A stretch of 64,000 nt of DNA from Eledone cirrhosa (GCA_964016885.1 CAXHJY010001028.1:1-64000), one strand, 5' to 3'. Shown: positions 41,305 to 56,939, counted from the first letter of the stretch. The notes: generated by a model from the letters alone, not told the origin. Translations and numbers: made by a program.

Positions 41305-41862
41305 AGGGAAGAAGAGAAAGATTGAGAGAGATTCAGACGCGAACGTTCAAGTTGACACAGACTTTCAGAGATACGAAGAAATGTGTGGGAAAGGAGACTT
41401 TGAAGGGAACAGTGGTGCGGTTCCTGTCGTGAAACCAGCCCCATGTCTGTAACAGTGACATTGTTATATAGAACGTTGTGTGAGGTTCGCTCACAAGCTA
41501 TGAAGACGGTCAAAGTATTTATATACGTATGTAACAATAGCAGTTTGTATATAATAAATTAACTTCAAAATTACTTGTTAATATAATTACAAATTTAGAA
41601 TGTATGTATGGACCTGTAACTCAGGCATGTCAAACTGAGGATCCCCAGTGGTCACATGGGTCACGTGTTGTCTGAGGGTCACACACGACAACTAATTGTG
41701 CACATTACAACTTATTGCAGAAAAATGTCTTACTTACAGAGAGAGAGGAGGGTAGAAATGTGGTACAACAGAAATGGAACTATTCACACTGCTTTGTATG
41801 AATATTGAGTGCTAATTTTGGTATACCGCCTATGGAAGCACCATAGCTACCATTATACACAC

Positions 41863-41897
<35 letters not shown>

Positions 41898-42840
41898 TAT
41901 GCAAATAAGTATATATATATATATGAAAGGGGAGGCTGGCAGGTAGTGAAGTGTAGAAGATGATGTGATAGAATACTGTCTTATCTTATCTGTTATAGAG
42001 AATCTTGCCACTGTTGTTGTTGTTGTTGTTACATGGAAGGGCAACCAGCTGAGTGGTGGGAACTTAGGTTGTAATGGTAAACTAGGAGATTTACTCATAC
42101 AGACTTTTATACTTATTACACACATATATATATATATATACATACACACACACATATATATATATACAGATACACACATATATACACACACACATATATA
42201 TATATATATATACATACACACATATATATATATATATATACATGCACACATACACATACACACACATATATATATACACATGCACACATATATATACATG
42301 CACACATACACACACACACATATATATATATATACTGTATATATATACACATGCAAACATATACACATACACACACTCACATAGTCTTTTGTACACATAC
42401 ACATGTATACACATACACATGTACACATACACACACACATATATACAGAGGTTTTTGTACTGGTTACACATGTCAACATACACACATTCACTCATAGTTT
42501 TTTTGTATTTGTTACACACTCCCATACTAATATATATGGACACACACACACACACCTACCCACTTACATAGTGTGTGTGTGTGTATGTATGTGTGTGTAT
42601 GTGTGTGTGTAGATATATTCGTGAGAAATGTTTACAAAAGTATCCGAATATATCAACAATACTGTTAACGCACCAATGATTAATATACACACATACACAC
42701 ACACACCCATACACACAAACGCACACACACATATCTATATACATACATTATGTATATCAATTCCCACACCAATATATATATGCATACATATACACATATA
42801 CGTATGTGTGAGTGTATGAGAGAGAGTCTTTGTGTGTGTA

Positions 42841-42882
<42 letters not shown>

Positions 42883-42893
42883 TATACATATAC

Positions 42894-43008
<115 letters not shown>

Positions 43009-43141
43009 CACACATATATATACATATATATCCATATACATATATATATATATACATACATACATACATATATATATATACAGACATACATACATATATA
43101 TATATATACAGACATACATACATATATATATATATATACAG

Positions 43142-43230
<89 letters not shown>

Positions 43231-43340
43231 CTAAGGATTAACCAAATTACAATTGTAAAGCTGTTACAAGACACGAGATACTGTCAAATATATATTTAAA
43301 AGTGTAATAAGTATGTCAGAAATAATATATAAATATATAT

Positions 43341-43417
<77 letters not shown>

Positions 43418-43565
43418 TATATACATATATATATGTATGTATGTATATAGATATATATATAGATATATGTATATATATATATTAAGATAAGCAGAACAAG
43501 TAAAATTCAATCAATTTTTCAAAATACATTAAAAAATATAATATAAATATTTACCTCTTCTAGTG

Positions 43566-43647
43566 GCCCTTACTGATCAGTTTCGCTTTGTAAAACCTCA
43601 TAAATCCGATGGATTTATGATGGAAAACCAAAGCTCATCAGAGAAGC
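43566..43647 (-). ncRNA. Type I hammerhead ribozyme in a (TA)n-flanked element (about 43483-43805)
   Basis: Minus strand: gcttct CTGATGA gctttg...tcataaatcc-atc-ggatttatga...caaagc GAAA ctgatcag TA agggc. Palindromic stem III ACTGATCAGT, GUA triplet; stem I is short. Confidence 0.8.
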
Positions 43648-43832
43648 ATTTTCCCTTCCTAGGGCTAAACGTCCCAGGAACGACAAAATATACAACCTCC
43701 TGCCAGCTAATAAAGGTCTGAAAGGTCGTAAAATTGACCCGTATGTAAACTGGACCGAAGTAAAAGCGGGAAAATCAAAGACTTGCTGTCTACAATTACT
43801 ACTAAAAAAATATATATATATATGTATGTATG

Positions 43833-43885
<53 letters not shown>

Positions 43886-43912
43886 GTATGTATGTATATC
43901 TATATATATTCA

Positions 43913-44522
43913 TGTCAGGTCACCAGTTGGTGCTACTGGTAACATGTATCCCAGTACAACCTGTCTCATGGTCGGGTTGTTGGCGACTAAACTGGCAACC
44001 CCACCAAGGTTTCTTGGTGAGGAGGGTGATTTTGGACATCCTGCAGGACTAAAAACAAAACCTGTCAAAGGGCAAAGGAGCTCTTAAGAGTCAATGACCA
44101 TCCAAAATCACCGGGAGAGATGACCCCTTAGCCTTTGTCAAGGCAGAATTCTAGGAGAAGGAAAACTCTGATATAACACCTGCAACCCTGATGGTATCCA
44201 ATGATGTTGACTTGTTCTTCTTTTTGGTAAATATCATCTTGGTTAAGAGAGTGGGACTGGCTTTGTGCCGTGCCTTTGCTCACTATAAAAGCTTCACGGC
44301 ACAGGCATTGCTTTATATCTGGAGATCTCTCTGCACTTGTCGTCACATGGTACCATGGGCCCAGCACTATGTGTCAATAATTGTTACAAGTGTAGTGTTT
44401 GTACCAGAGTTTTCAAGTCGCTGGCTGGACTAAAAAGTCACACTCGTTCAGCGCATCGGTAGGGGTTCTCCTACATGGATATAAAGTAGTGGCCGTACTC
44501 GAAAACGAGTTGGCAGCCACCA
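43913..44522 (+). mobile_element. Non-autonomous bipartite RTE derivative, second full copy
   Basis: Same ends as, and nearly identical to, 23642-24252. Confidence 0.7.
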
Positions 44523-44524
44523 TA

Positions 44525-44586
<62 letters not shown>

Positions 44587-44618
44587 TGTATGTATGTCTG
44601 TATATATATAGATGTATG

Positions 44619-44669
<51 letters not shown>

Positions 44670-44672
<3 letters not shown>

Positions 44673-45372
44673 GGTTTCTACTTTAGATACAAGGCCTACA
44701 ATTGGGGAGAGGGGGAAGTCGATTAAATCGACCTCAGCATGTTACTGGTACTTTATTTTATCGAACCCGTAAGGATGAAAAATAAAGCTAACCTCGGCAG
44801 AATTTGAAACCTGAACGTAAAGAGACATAACTCTATGCTGCGAAGTATGTTGTCGGACACTCTACCGATTTCTCTCATTTTATCGCCCTAAAAATAATGG
44901 TTTCTGATTTAAGCACAAGGCCCCAATTTTTGTGGAGGGGGAAAAATCGATTAAATCGACTCCAGTGCATTACTGGTACCTTATTTGGCAGTATTGGTAG
45001 ACGCCATGCTTTCCACCATAGTTACGCCCCTTTATCATCTGTGTTCAAATCCCGCCCAAGTTAACTTTGTCTTTCAATGTACTGGGTAATTGCTGGCCTT
45101 GTACCAAAAGTAGAAACAATTATTTTATTGACCGTGACTGGATGAAAGGCAAAGCTAACTTCGGCGACATTTGCAGAATCGGTAGAGCGCCGGGCAAAAT
45201 GTTTTGTGGTATTTAGCACCAACTTTCTACGTTCTGAGTTCAAATCCAACCGAGGTCGACTTTACCTTTCATTGTTGAGGGGTCGACAAATTAAAGTACC
45301 AGCTATGTAATGGGGTTGATTTCATCTATTTTTTCCCAGCTCTTCAAATTGCAGGCCTTAAGCCTAAATTAG
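44670..45372. mobile_element. Cluster of SINE copies and fragments in both orientations
   Basis: Minus 44670-44890 and 44895-44985; plus 44985-45120 and 45170-45372; family motifs as above. Confidence 0.7.
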
Positions 45373-45528
45373 GGGCCAGTAACGACATTCACCTCAGGAC
45401 GGGAGGCTATTAAATTATTTCTAAGCTTTCACAAATGTAATTTTGGCGGTGACTGATTTTATTTTGCTTCTGTGTATAAATCTGTTTATACACATATATA
45501 CATATATTTATATATATATACTACAGAT

Positions 45529-45606
<78 letters not shown>

Positions 45607-45696
45607 CATACATACATACATACATGTATATAAATATATATATATATATATATACATACATACATATATTTATATATATTATATACTACAGATGTA

Positions 45697-45749
<53 letters not shown>

Positions 45750-46234
45750 ATCATTCTTATCATCTCAGCGATAACGGTCTTCTCAGATTCTGAAAAGCAT
45801 ATCACCATGGTAACATTTTCAGATGTAATAAAATATCAATTTCACTGTAATTGTAAGAAGGGGGAGGGGGTAAGTTTTACTTATTCTGTATTACACACGC
45901 ACACACACACACACACATACATACACACACACATATATATACATCTATATATAAATATTTACGTTTAGAATTTCAAATGAGAACCACAAAACACTCAATA
46001 CATGTGTAGGAGAGTTTTGATTTAATTCCATAAAGTCGAGGATTCTTTCTGTAACTATGAAAGGTTTCACGCAATCTGTGAAGCCAAGTCTTACAGCAAA
46101 GCTTCCTACGGAGAATCGAGCAACTAAGGAACGCACCATCGACCTTGTAATATTATATAAACTAATAAGACTTAGTGGACTTTCTATTTATGTATCCCAG
46201 TATTTATCTTGTTTATTCTCTCTCTATATATATA

Positions 46235-46411
46235 CTGTATATGCCGGCGTACAAGTCGATCCAGCGCATAGATCGACCACTAAAATTCTGAGGTGCAGTT
46301 TAGAGGAAGCAGCACGCATACTTCCACATTTTATATTCGGCGGACAAGTCGACCCCTGGTTTTGGAGAGATATTTTTAGGCTCCAAATGTCGACTTGTAC
46401 GCCGGCATATA

Positions 46412-46414
<3 letters not shown>
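46235..46414. mobile_element. Tc2/pogo-type MITE
   Basis: TIRs ctgtatatgccggcgtacaagtcga / tcgacttgtacgccggcatatacga with TA on both sides. Confidence 0.75.
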
Positions 46415-46450
<36 letters not shown>

Positions 46451-46487
46451 GTACTCTGCTGGTATATATATCTATACTACAGATGTA

Positions 46488-46550
<63 letters not shown>

Positions 46551-46551
46551 C

Positions 46552-46596
<45 letters not shown>

Positions 46597-46634
46597 GTAC
46601 TCTGCTGGTATATATATCTATACTACAGATGTAG

Positions 46635-46740
<106 letters not shown>

Positions 46741-47184
46741 ACATATTACATCAATAAAAGTCTTCTCACTTTATTACAGAAAACTAAAGTTTTTCTACCC
46801 TTTAAACAACCAATTCCTTCAACGCTTATTCTCCCCAAAGACTTCCTTCCAAGCATTCTTAAATATTTAGATTTCTGTGAAAACCATCAACCTGTCTCCC
46901 CTACTCTTGAAACTAGTATTCACTGGGGACCGGCTTGTTTGTGTAACTTTTCATCAAACGTTGTGGAAACCACTCAATTGTACACAGAGCGTGTCTGTGT
47001 GTGTGTGTGTGCGCGCGCGCGCGTGTGTATGGAGGGGGGGGGGGTATGTGTGTGTGTGTGCACGCGCATACATTGTTGTTTTCTAAGATTTGCTGTGTAT
47101 CTATCTGTCTTACAGTTTCACTAAATACATATGGTTATACACCGCACATAATATATATATATATATATATGGTGGTGCGTGATG

Positions 47185-47228
<44 letters not shown>

Positions 47229-47615
47229 GGGTGGTGGTGGTGGGTGATATATATATATATACGGTCACCTGATCTGACTTATATCACAACAGGACAACTC
47301 GTCTAACCCATACTAGCGTGGAAAAATGTACGTTAAACGGTGTTGATGATGATGATGATGATGATGATGATGTGTATGTGTGTGTTTGTGAATAACCGAC
47401 GCAACAAAATATATCAACAAGAGAAAGTATAGTTCCCAATATCCCACGATTCCGTTGCTCATCCCCTACCCCACTCCACAGGGTGATATCACCCACTGAT
47501 GGGTGATATCACCCTGGTTGGGAATCCCTGATTTAATCGGAATATACTCCGGTATGTTATTGCTTTGTATAAATATAATATATTAGAATGGATGCAGTAA
47601 AAACCTGTTAGACCA

Positions 47616-47783
47616 TTACTCACCAGAGTACTTGATACTTGGGGTAGTAGAGTACGGTTATATGAAGAAGTCGGGACCCCGACGGCTGAGCTCCTGTCGT
47701 TTCAAAAGCTAGATCCGAACAGTTCGAAACTAGCTGTTGAAACGGCAGGAGCTCAGCCGTCGGGGTCCCGACTCCTTCATATA
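47616..47783 (-). mobile_element. Family A (subfamily 2) insert with fold-back
   Basis: Arms gtcgggaccccgacggctgagctcctg / caggagctcagccgtcggggtcccgac. Contains the hammerhead 3' half GAAAcggc...gccgTC ggggtc. Confidence 0.65.
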
Positions 47784-48125
47784 AATATTCTATAAATGTG
47801 TAGTAAGTCAAAAAAGGATATTCTTAAAGTCTGTTGGATGTACTTTGAGTTAAATATATTTTCACTACTGCAGCTCATGGGTCTTGCTTCAGTCTTAGTT
47901 ATTATATCTGAAAGATAATAAAAAATGGTTAAAGATGTTTCGTAACAACTCTTGGAAGAACCACACAACAAATCCAGAACTTTCTGATGATTCTAGCAAA
48001 GATTACTGCAAGAAATTCTGGTAACTCAGCAAAGATGGCGATTGGCAAGTCACGAATAACACAACTACGGATAACTCGTGGGAAATAAAACTGGTAATAA
48101 AGAAGAAAGTACTATATATATGTAT

Positions 48126-48327
<202 letters not shown>

Positions 48328-48369
48328 GGAGGGTCATATTGTTGGAATAGTATTGCCAGAATTAATAAC

Positions 48370-48459
<90 letters not shown>

Positions 48460-48942
48460 ACATATATATTTGTATATAAGTGTGTGTGTAAATATATATG
48501 TGTGTGAGAGAGTGTGGAGAATGAAAAGATTGTGAGAGAGGTAGAAGGAGTGGGAGAGAGAGAGAGAGGGGAGGGAGAGAGAGAGTGGGGGAGGGAGAGA
48601 GAGAGAGAGAGGGTGAAGGTTTAGAGATAAATGATCGTATTCTCAGAGAAGAGATAAAGATGGTTTCTGATGATGTTAAAGATAAAGTTCTTCATGTTTT
48701 GTACACTGTGACCCTTGCAGGGGTATACGGGGTATATATGGTGGAGGGCTGGGACTATGGAAGTATATATATATATATATGTGTGTGTGTATATGGGTGT
48801 GTCTGTATGTGGGTGTCGGTGTCTATGTGTGTGTGTATGTAGGTGTGTGTGTCTGTGTGTGTGTGTGCATATGTGTGTGTGTGTCTGTATGTGTGTGTGC
48901 GTCTGTATGTGAGTGCGTGTGTGGGTGTGTGTTTCTGTGTGT

Positions 48943-48976
<34 letters not shown>

Positions 48977-49131
48977 CTGTATGTGAGCGCGTGTGTATGT
49001 ATGAGAGTGTGTGTGTGTGTGTGTCTGTATGTGTGTGTGTGTGTGTGTGTGTGTCTGTATGTGTGTGTGTGTATGTGTGTGTGTCTGTATGTGTGTGTGT
49101 GTGTGTGTCTGTATGTGTGTGTGTGTGTGTC

Positions 49132-49162
<31 letters not shown>

Positions 49163-49163
49163 C

Positions 49164-49247
<84 letters not shown>

Positions 49248-49271
49248 TGTATGTGTGTGTGTGTGTGTGTC

Positions 49272-49309
<38 letters not shown>

Positions 49310-49333
49310 TGTATGTGTGTGTGTGTGTGTGTC

Positions 49334-49410
<77 letters not shown>

Positions 49411-49731
49411 CTGTATGTGTAGTAGTGTTTGAAACTGTAGCAGACAAGATAGAGATCTAAGAATATGGATGTAACGAAAGTTGCCCTCTGGTATTACTTT
49501 AGGAGAGCGGTGGTGGTGGTGGTGATAGAACACCACCACCACCACCACCACCACCAACATCACCTTACCAACACACCACCACTACCACCACCCACCACTA
49601 CCATCACCAGCACCACCACTATTACAATACTATATGTCAGTTTTATAACCTGTGATTTATAATAACACAGAGCCTACGTAGTAGAGTCTTATTTATGGCA
49701 GTTAATGGGCTTATAACTATATTATAGATTA

Positions 49732-49802
<71 letters not shown>

Positions 49803-49805
<3 letters not shown>

Positions 49806-50323
49806 CGTTTCTGAATTTGTTTAGCAAGATTCATTATCTGAAAACGTGTGTTGAAACCGATATTGTTATACTTTGGTAGGGTCATGTTGCCAATAAGAAA
49901 CACACGCATCAGTTGCTTTCACTTCAATTTATTATAATAAATTTATAAATTTAGGAATTTATAAATTTCCGGTTGGTTGGTTGGTTCCACAACCAGATGG
50001 TTGTTTATATATTGTCAAAGTTCTTTCGTCACACATTCTGTGACCTCTTCAGTGACTGGGGATTCTTTTCTTTGTTTTTTCTTTTGTTCTGTGCTACGCC
50101 ATCTTGGATGGCGTAGGACAGAACAAAGCAGAGGCAAAGGAAAGGCACAGAATGTGTGACGATAGAACTTTGACAATATATAAACAACCATCTGGTTGTG
50201 GAACCAACCAACCAACCGGAAATTTATAAATTCCTAAATTTATAAATTTATTATAATAAATTGAAGTGAAACAACTGGTGCGTGTGTTTCTTATTGGCAA
50301 CATGACCCTACCAAAGTATAACG
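49803..50323 (-). mobile_element. PLE-like terminal repeat with a long inverted duplication
   Basis: About 175-bp inverted arms (49865-50042 and 50145-50322), a nested inner hairpin at 50083-50128 and a hammerhead on the minus strand; (TA)n flanks. Confidence 0.7.
50014..50056 (-). ncRNA. Minimal hammerhead ribozyme inside a 460-bp palindrome
   Basis: Minus strand: gtca CTGAAGA g gtcaca-gaatg-tgtgac GAAA g-aa-c TT tgac. CUU triplet; one extra G after the core. Confidence 0.65.
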
Positions 50324-50413
50324 ATATATATATACACCTATATAATTAGAAAGTGAACAACACAATATAGAACTACTCCATTACGAAAGGTTTCAGGATC
50401 CTAGACAATATTA

Positions 50414-50450
<37 letters not shown>

Positions 50451-50593
50451 AGAAAGAGAGGGGGAGAGGGGAGAGAGTGAGAGAGGAGAAGGAGGAGGAG
50501 GAGGAGATAGAGAGAGAGAGAGAGAGATGTTTATCCCCGGTTCAATCAGGGGCAACTACAGTAAGAAGCCATTTCTATATATATAAATATATA

Positions 50594-50654
<61 letters not shown>

Positions 50655-50659
50655 ATATA

Positions 50660-50899
50660 TAACGAAGGAGTTGTGGTAAGGAACCAGATGGACCATAACG
50701 CACCAGAGTACTCAATACTTAAGGTAGTAGAGTGGGTAATAGGAGAAAGTATGACTCCGACGGCAGAGCTCAAGCCATTTCGACAACTTGAGCTCTGCCG
50801 TCGGGGTCATACTTTTTCCTATTACCCACTCTACTACCCTAAGTATTGAGTACTCTGGTGCGTTGTGGTCCATCTGGTTCCTTACCACAGCTCCTTCGT

Positions 50900-50901
<2 letters not shown>
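50660..50901. mobile_element. Family A head-to-head palindrome (two complete tails)
   Basis: About 113-bp near-perfect inverted arms, both ending at the same terminus (taacgaaggag...ctccttcgtta), with a 12-nt spacer and TA flanks. Confidence 0.75.
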
Positions 50902-50933
<32 letters not shown>

Positions 50934-51077
50934 TATATATATATATACACACACACACATATATATACATATACACACACACACATATATATATATATAC
51001 ACACACACACATATATGTATATGTATACACACGCACATATCTATTAATATATCATATATATATATATATATATATAT

Positions 51078-51368
51078 TTAGAAAGATAGATAAAAAAAAG
51101 CGAAGTAGTTTCAGATGTTAAAGTCCTTTAATGATAATGCTGTGATACATATTTCAATGACGACAGTGGCCACACGGTTCGGTACGCCCAGTGCCGTGAC
51201 ACCATCAGACAGCTGTCGTCATTGAAATGTGTATCACAGCATTATCATTGAAGGACTTTAACATCTGAAACTACTTCGCTTTTTCTTATTCGATATATAC
51301 TCCGTCACTCCTATGTGGAAAAAGTACGCTGAGTGCTTGAATTGAATTGCATCAATGTTTACCTTAAG

Positions 51369-51369
<1 letters not shown>
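51078..51369. mobile_element. Fold-back insert in (TA)n carrying a hammerhead-like motif
   Basis: About 70-bp inverted arms (51096-51166 and 51213-51284) plus a unique tail. Confidence 0.6.
51139..51213 (-). ncRNA. Hammerhead-like motif with a variant core (CUGAUGG)
   Basis: Minus strand: gctgt CTGATGG ...cacgg/ccgtg... GAAA tatgta TC acagc. Stem I 5 bp, AUC triplet, A9 replaced by G. Confidence 0.55.
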
Positions 51370-51464
<95 letters not shown>

Positions 51465-51796
51465 ATATATATATCATATGGTCAAAAAGGACTCAGTGTT
51501 TATGTTTCATATCTCTGAATATCTAAACAGAACAAAGATGGCGGCCTTTCTACTTTACTTTCACAAATAGTTTTTCGGTATTTGGTCAAAGTACGGCATG
51601 TGGGGTTATTACAGACCAACTAATGTAAATATAACCTAACTTTTACATAGAATTGTGTACAGAACTGAGAAACAGGATATTTTGCTGTCATTGTCACATT
51701 CATATAATGGCTGTCACCGTCGCCTTCGCCAGCCACTATGGTGTGAACGTCTTCCAACATTCCACGGGCCACATGTAATCCAAACATATATATATA

Positions 51797-51957
<161 letters not shown>

Positions 51958-51978
51958 ACACACACACACATACACACC

Positions 51979-52015
<37 letters not shown>

Positions 52016-52108
52016 TTCTACTACATTGTACCGGCGTTAAAAAATTATCGGTCTTTATTACATTTATATATACATATATACATATATATATATATGTATG
52101 TATGTATA

Positions 52109-52224
<116 letters not shown>

Positions 52225-52247
52225 GATGTATATATCTAAAGTCTGTC

Positions 52248-52497
52248 TTAAGCCAGAATGCTCATTTGGCCGGTGCTTATCCTGGTTTCATGGCCTGAAG
52301 TGACTGAGAGTACAAGACTTCCCCCTGGACAGGATGCTAGTCCATCCATCGCAGGGTTAAACCCCCAGCTATTGCTGCTACTCATTTTTAGCTGAGTATA
52401 CTGGAGCAACGTGAAATGAAGTGTTTTGCTCAAGAACACAACACGCAACCCAGGAATCGGACGCAACACCCTTACCACTAGGCCACGTGCCTCCACT
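52248..52497 (-). mobile_element. tRNA-derived SINE of a second family (V/Meta-SINE-like core)
   Basis: Minus strand: ggcacgtggcctagtggtaagg head, gtgttcttgagcaaaacactt and gatggactagcatcctgtccaggggg. Confidence 0.65.
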
Positions 52498-52509
52498 TAT
52501 ATATATATG

Positions 52510-52550
<41 letters not shown>

Positions 52551-52657
52551 GCATATATATATATATATATTCACATATATACATGCATATATATATATAC
52601 ATACATACATATATACATACATACGTATGTATGTATATATATATATATACAGGGACG

Positions 52658-52728
<71 letters not shown>

Positions 52729-53529
52729 GGTCTGCCACAAGTCGTTATACGATAGTATTGTATGACATAACTTGTGCGTTGAATTGAATAATCTGCAGTG
52801 GAAATATACTTTAAAATGCTATATAAATAAAGTTACTATTGAGAGGTTGGACTTGCAGACATAGGAAATAATTGTTTGAAAAAGAGAGCAGAACCTGTGT
52901 GGCTTTGTTAAGCAGAAACATATACTACAATATCTTATTTCAATTTAACAACAATACGAGAAGTATTTCAGACTTCAGACGTGACCCGGCTTAAAGAACG
53001 CAGGGTAGGGGCGTGGTGTGGAACAACGTTATTAACCACAAGGGGTTCACATAAAAGAAACATTAAGAACGGTACATAACGTTACAGTGTGTGTGTGAAG
53101 TTGGCCAGCACTGCCAGGCTAGGGGTTTCTAGAAATTATCCATGGTCCCTGGACCGAAAGTCTTCTGGAAAAGTGTGGCTATAACAACACCAACAACAAC
53201 ACCAACAACAACAGCAACAATAACAATAATAATAATTGTTTCTACTTTTGGCACAAGGCCAGCAATTACCCAGTGAGTTACTGGTACTTTATTTTATCGA
53301 CCTTGTAAGAACCTCAGCAGGATCTGAACTCAATTACTGTCAGTAATATTAACAATAAGCCCAATGAAACGACACCTGAAGCTACCCTCGTTCACCATAT
53401 CAACAAATTAACTGAGATATTCACAGCAGAAAAATGTTTATCTTGCTGAGAGGTTTTAGAGAGCAGTCAATAAACGACGACCCTAAATTGTAATTCACGG
53501 GGTACCTGAGTAGACCCTGGGTGGTCACC

Positions 53530-54075
53530 GCCTCTATTGGGGAATTTTTATTGTATTTTTCTTGTTATTTTGTTATTGTTATTTATATTGTTTACACGTT
53601 GTATATGTAAAACCCCCCACTGTCCCAGTCTTTTGTATTGTCCCCTATATGTCGGCCCTTGTGGCCAATAAAGAAACTATTATTATTATTATTATTATTA
53701 TTATTGAAAAGGAAAATCAGGGTAGAGAGGAAAGTGCTCTCTTCCCAGCATTTTGTTGAAAGATGGGTGAGAAAGGCAAGAATGGCCTGAGTATGTGTCT
53801 GTAAATTAAAGGTGGAAAACTGGGAGAGGGCATTTGCCCTGGTGGTCAGGGTCACTGTGGCTTTTTAATGGGCTTTCTCCACGAATGTCCCTCGGAAGTC
53901 TTCCCCCTATTGGGGAATTTTTCATTGTTATTTTTTTTGTTACATCCTCTGTTTTTGTTTTTTACACGCAGAAATTCCCATTTGTACCGTCCTGTATTGC
54001 CCTGTACTGTCCTTAATGTCTACTTTATGTAAACCCTTGTGGTTAATAAAGAAAGCATTATTATTATTATTATAA
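53530..54075 (+). mobile_element. Two tandem LINE 3' ends with (ATT)n tails
   Basis: High similarity to 9567-9943. Confidence 0.55.
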
Positions 54076-54331
54076 TTTTTATTATTATTATCATTATTAT
54101 TGCCATGTTTGTCGGTCATTTAGTCTCACTAGTCTCTCATTCTTTTGACGATATTTCAAATTGAGAAAGTTTCTTTTCATCTCTTCCTACTTTACTAAAT
54201 CTATTTACATACAACTCTGTCAAATTGACTGCTCAGTCCATCTACGTGACACTAAACAAAAGACGGTATGACATGGTCCCGGGGGTAAGGACGGGGTGGG
54301 GGAGGAGAGGAAGAGAGGGAGGAGTATTTTG

Positions 54332-54362
<31 letters not shown>

Positions 54363-54842
54363 CTTCTTCTTCTTCTTCTTCTTCTTCTTCTTCTTCTTCT
54401 TCTTCTTCTTCTTCTTCTTCTTCGTCTACTTGCCCTTGATGATGGTGATGATGGTGATGATGATGGTGATGATGGTGATGATGGTGATGATGATGGTGAT
54501 GATGGTGATGATGGTGATGATGGTGATTATGGTGATGGTGGAGATGATGATGAAAGTGATGGTGGAGATGATGATGATGATGATGATGGTGATTATGGTG
54601 ATTATGGTGATGGTGGAGATGATGATGATGATGATGATGGTGATGATGGTGATGGTGATGATGTTGATGATCATGATGATGATGAAGGTGATGGTGGTGG
54701 TGGTGATGGTGATGGTGATGGTGATGGTGATGGTGATGGTGGCGATGGCGATGGTGGTAATAACCAGTTTATGGTAGACTGTCCAACTGTGAATTAAATA
54801 AAGGAGAAGACAGTTTAGTTTAGTTTATGACATAGTTTATGT

Positions 54843-55004
<162 letters not shown>

Positions 55005-55086
55005 GGAGGGAGAGAGACAAACATACAGTATATTGATATATATACAGCCAGTATTAATAATCATATTCTAACCGGACTGGTTTTTA

Positions 55087-55119
<33 letters not shown>

Positions 55120-55303
55120 CAGTAGTAGTAGTAGCAGTAGTAGTAGTAGCAGTAGTAGTAGTAGTAGCAGCAGTAGTAGTAGCAGTAGCAGTAGTAGTAG
55201 TAGTAGTAGTAGCAGTAGTAGTAGTAGTAGTAGCAGCAGTAGTAGTAGTAGTAGCAGCAGTAGTAGTAGTAGTAGTAGTAGCAGTAGTAGTAGTAGTAGC
55301 AGC

Positions 55304-55335
<32 letters not shown>

Positions 55336-55387
55336 CAGTAGTAGTAGTAGTAGTAGCAGTAGTAGTAGTAGTAGTAGTAGTAGCAGC

Positions 55388-55425
<38 letters not shown>

Positions 55426-55603
55426 CAGCAGTAGTAGTAGTAGTAGTAGCAGCAGTAGTAGTAGTAGCAGTAGTAGTAGTAGTAGTAGCAGCAGTAGTAG
55501 AAGTAGCAGCAGCAGTATTAGTAGTAGCAGTAATAGTAGTAGTAGTAGTAGTAGTAGTAGCAGCAGTAGTAGTAGTAGCAGTAGTAGTAGTAGTAGTAGC
55601 AGC

Positions 55604-55647
<44 letters not shown>

Positions 55648-56329
55648 CAGTAGTAGTAGTAGTAGTAGCAGCAATAGTAGTAGTAGCAGCAGTAGTAGTA
55701 GTAGTAGTAGTAGCAGTAGTAGTAGTAGTAGTAGTAGTAGTATTGGCAGTAGTAGTAGTAGTAGTAGCAGTAGTAGTAGTAGTAGCAGCAGTAGTAGTAG
55801 TAGTAGCAGCAGTAGTAGTAGTAGTAGTAGCAGCAGTAGTAGTAGTAGTAGCAGCAGTAGTAGTAGTAGTAGTAGCAGCAGTAGTAGTAGTAGCAGCAGC
55901 AGTAGTAGTAGTAGTAGCAGCAGTAGTAGTAGTAGCAGTAGTAGTAGTAGTAGTAGCAGTAGTAGTAGTAGTAGTAGCAGCAGTAGTAGTAGTAGTAGTA
56001 GTAGTATTGGCAGTAGTAGTAGTAGTAGTAGCAGCAGTAGTAGTAGTAGCAGTAGTAGTAGTAGTAGTAGCAGCAGTAGTAGTAGTAGTAGCATCAGTAG
56101 CAGCAGTAGTAGTAGCAGCAGTAGTAGTAGTAGTAGCAGCAGTAGCAGTAGTAGTAGTAGTAGTAGCAGCAGTAGTAGTAGTAGTAGCAGCAGTAGTAGT
56201 AGTAGTAGTAGTAGTATTGGCAGTAGTAGTAGTAGTAGTAGCAGCAGTAGTAGTAGTAGCAGTAGTAGTAGTAGTAGTAGCAGCAGTAGTAGTAGTAGTA
56301 GCAGCAGTAGCAGCAGTAGTAGTAGCAGC

Positions 56330-56361
<32 letters not shown>

Positions 56362-56541
56362 CAGCAGTAGTAGTAGCAGCAGTAGTAGTAGTAGTAGTAG
56401 TAGTATTGGCTTCACTATAATTAAGTCAATGGAATGGTAGAGCCAGGATGTTGGCTTTGGTCATAAGCCGAACTAATAATATATCTTAGATTTGTGGGGG
56501 GGAGGGCAGTTGGAATATCTACCTTGACATAGGTATTGGTG

Positions 56542-56573
<32 letters not shown>

Positions 56574-56574
56574 G

Positions 56575-56618
<44 letters not shown>

Positions 56619-56619
56619 G

Positions 56620-56666
<47 letters not shown>

Positions 56667-56667
56667 G

Positions 56668-56711
<44 letters not shown>

Positions 56712-56745
56712 GGTGGTGGTAGAAGTAGTAGTAGTGGTGGTGGTG

Positions 56746-56786
<41 letters not shown>

Positions 56787-56892
56787 GGTGGTGGTAGAAG
56801 TAGTAGTAGTGGTGGTGGTGGTGGTAGAAGTAGTAGTAGTAGTAGAAGTAGTGGTGGTGGTGGTGGTAGAAGTAGTAGTAGTGGTGGTGGTG

Positions 56893-56939
<47 letters not shown>

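Noticed and set aside
41325-41455. Host exon DSDANVQVDTDFQRYEEMCGK
   Set aside because: No clear acceptor, several frames open and no recognisable family.
47962-48022. CTGATGA...GAAA hammerhead candidate
   Set aside because: No stem III/UH geometry after GAAA; it is a simple imperfect hairpin.
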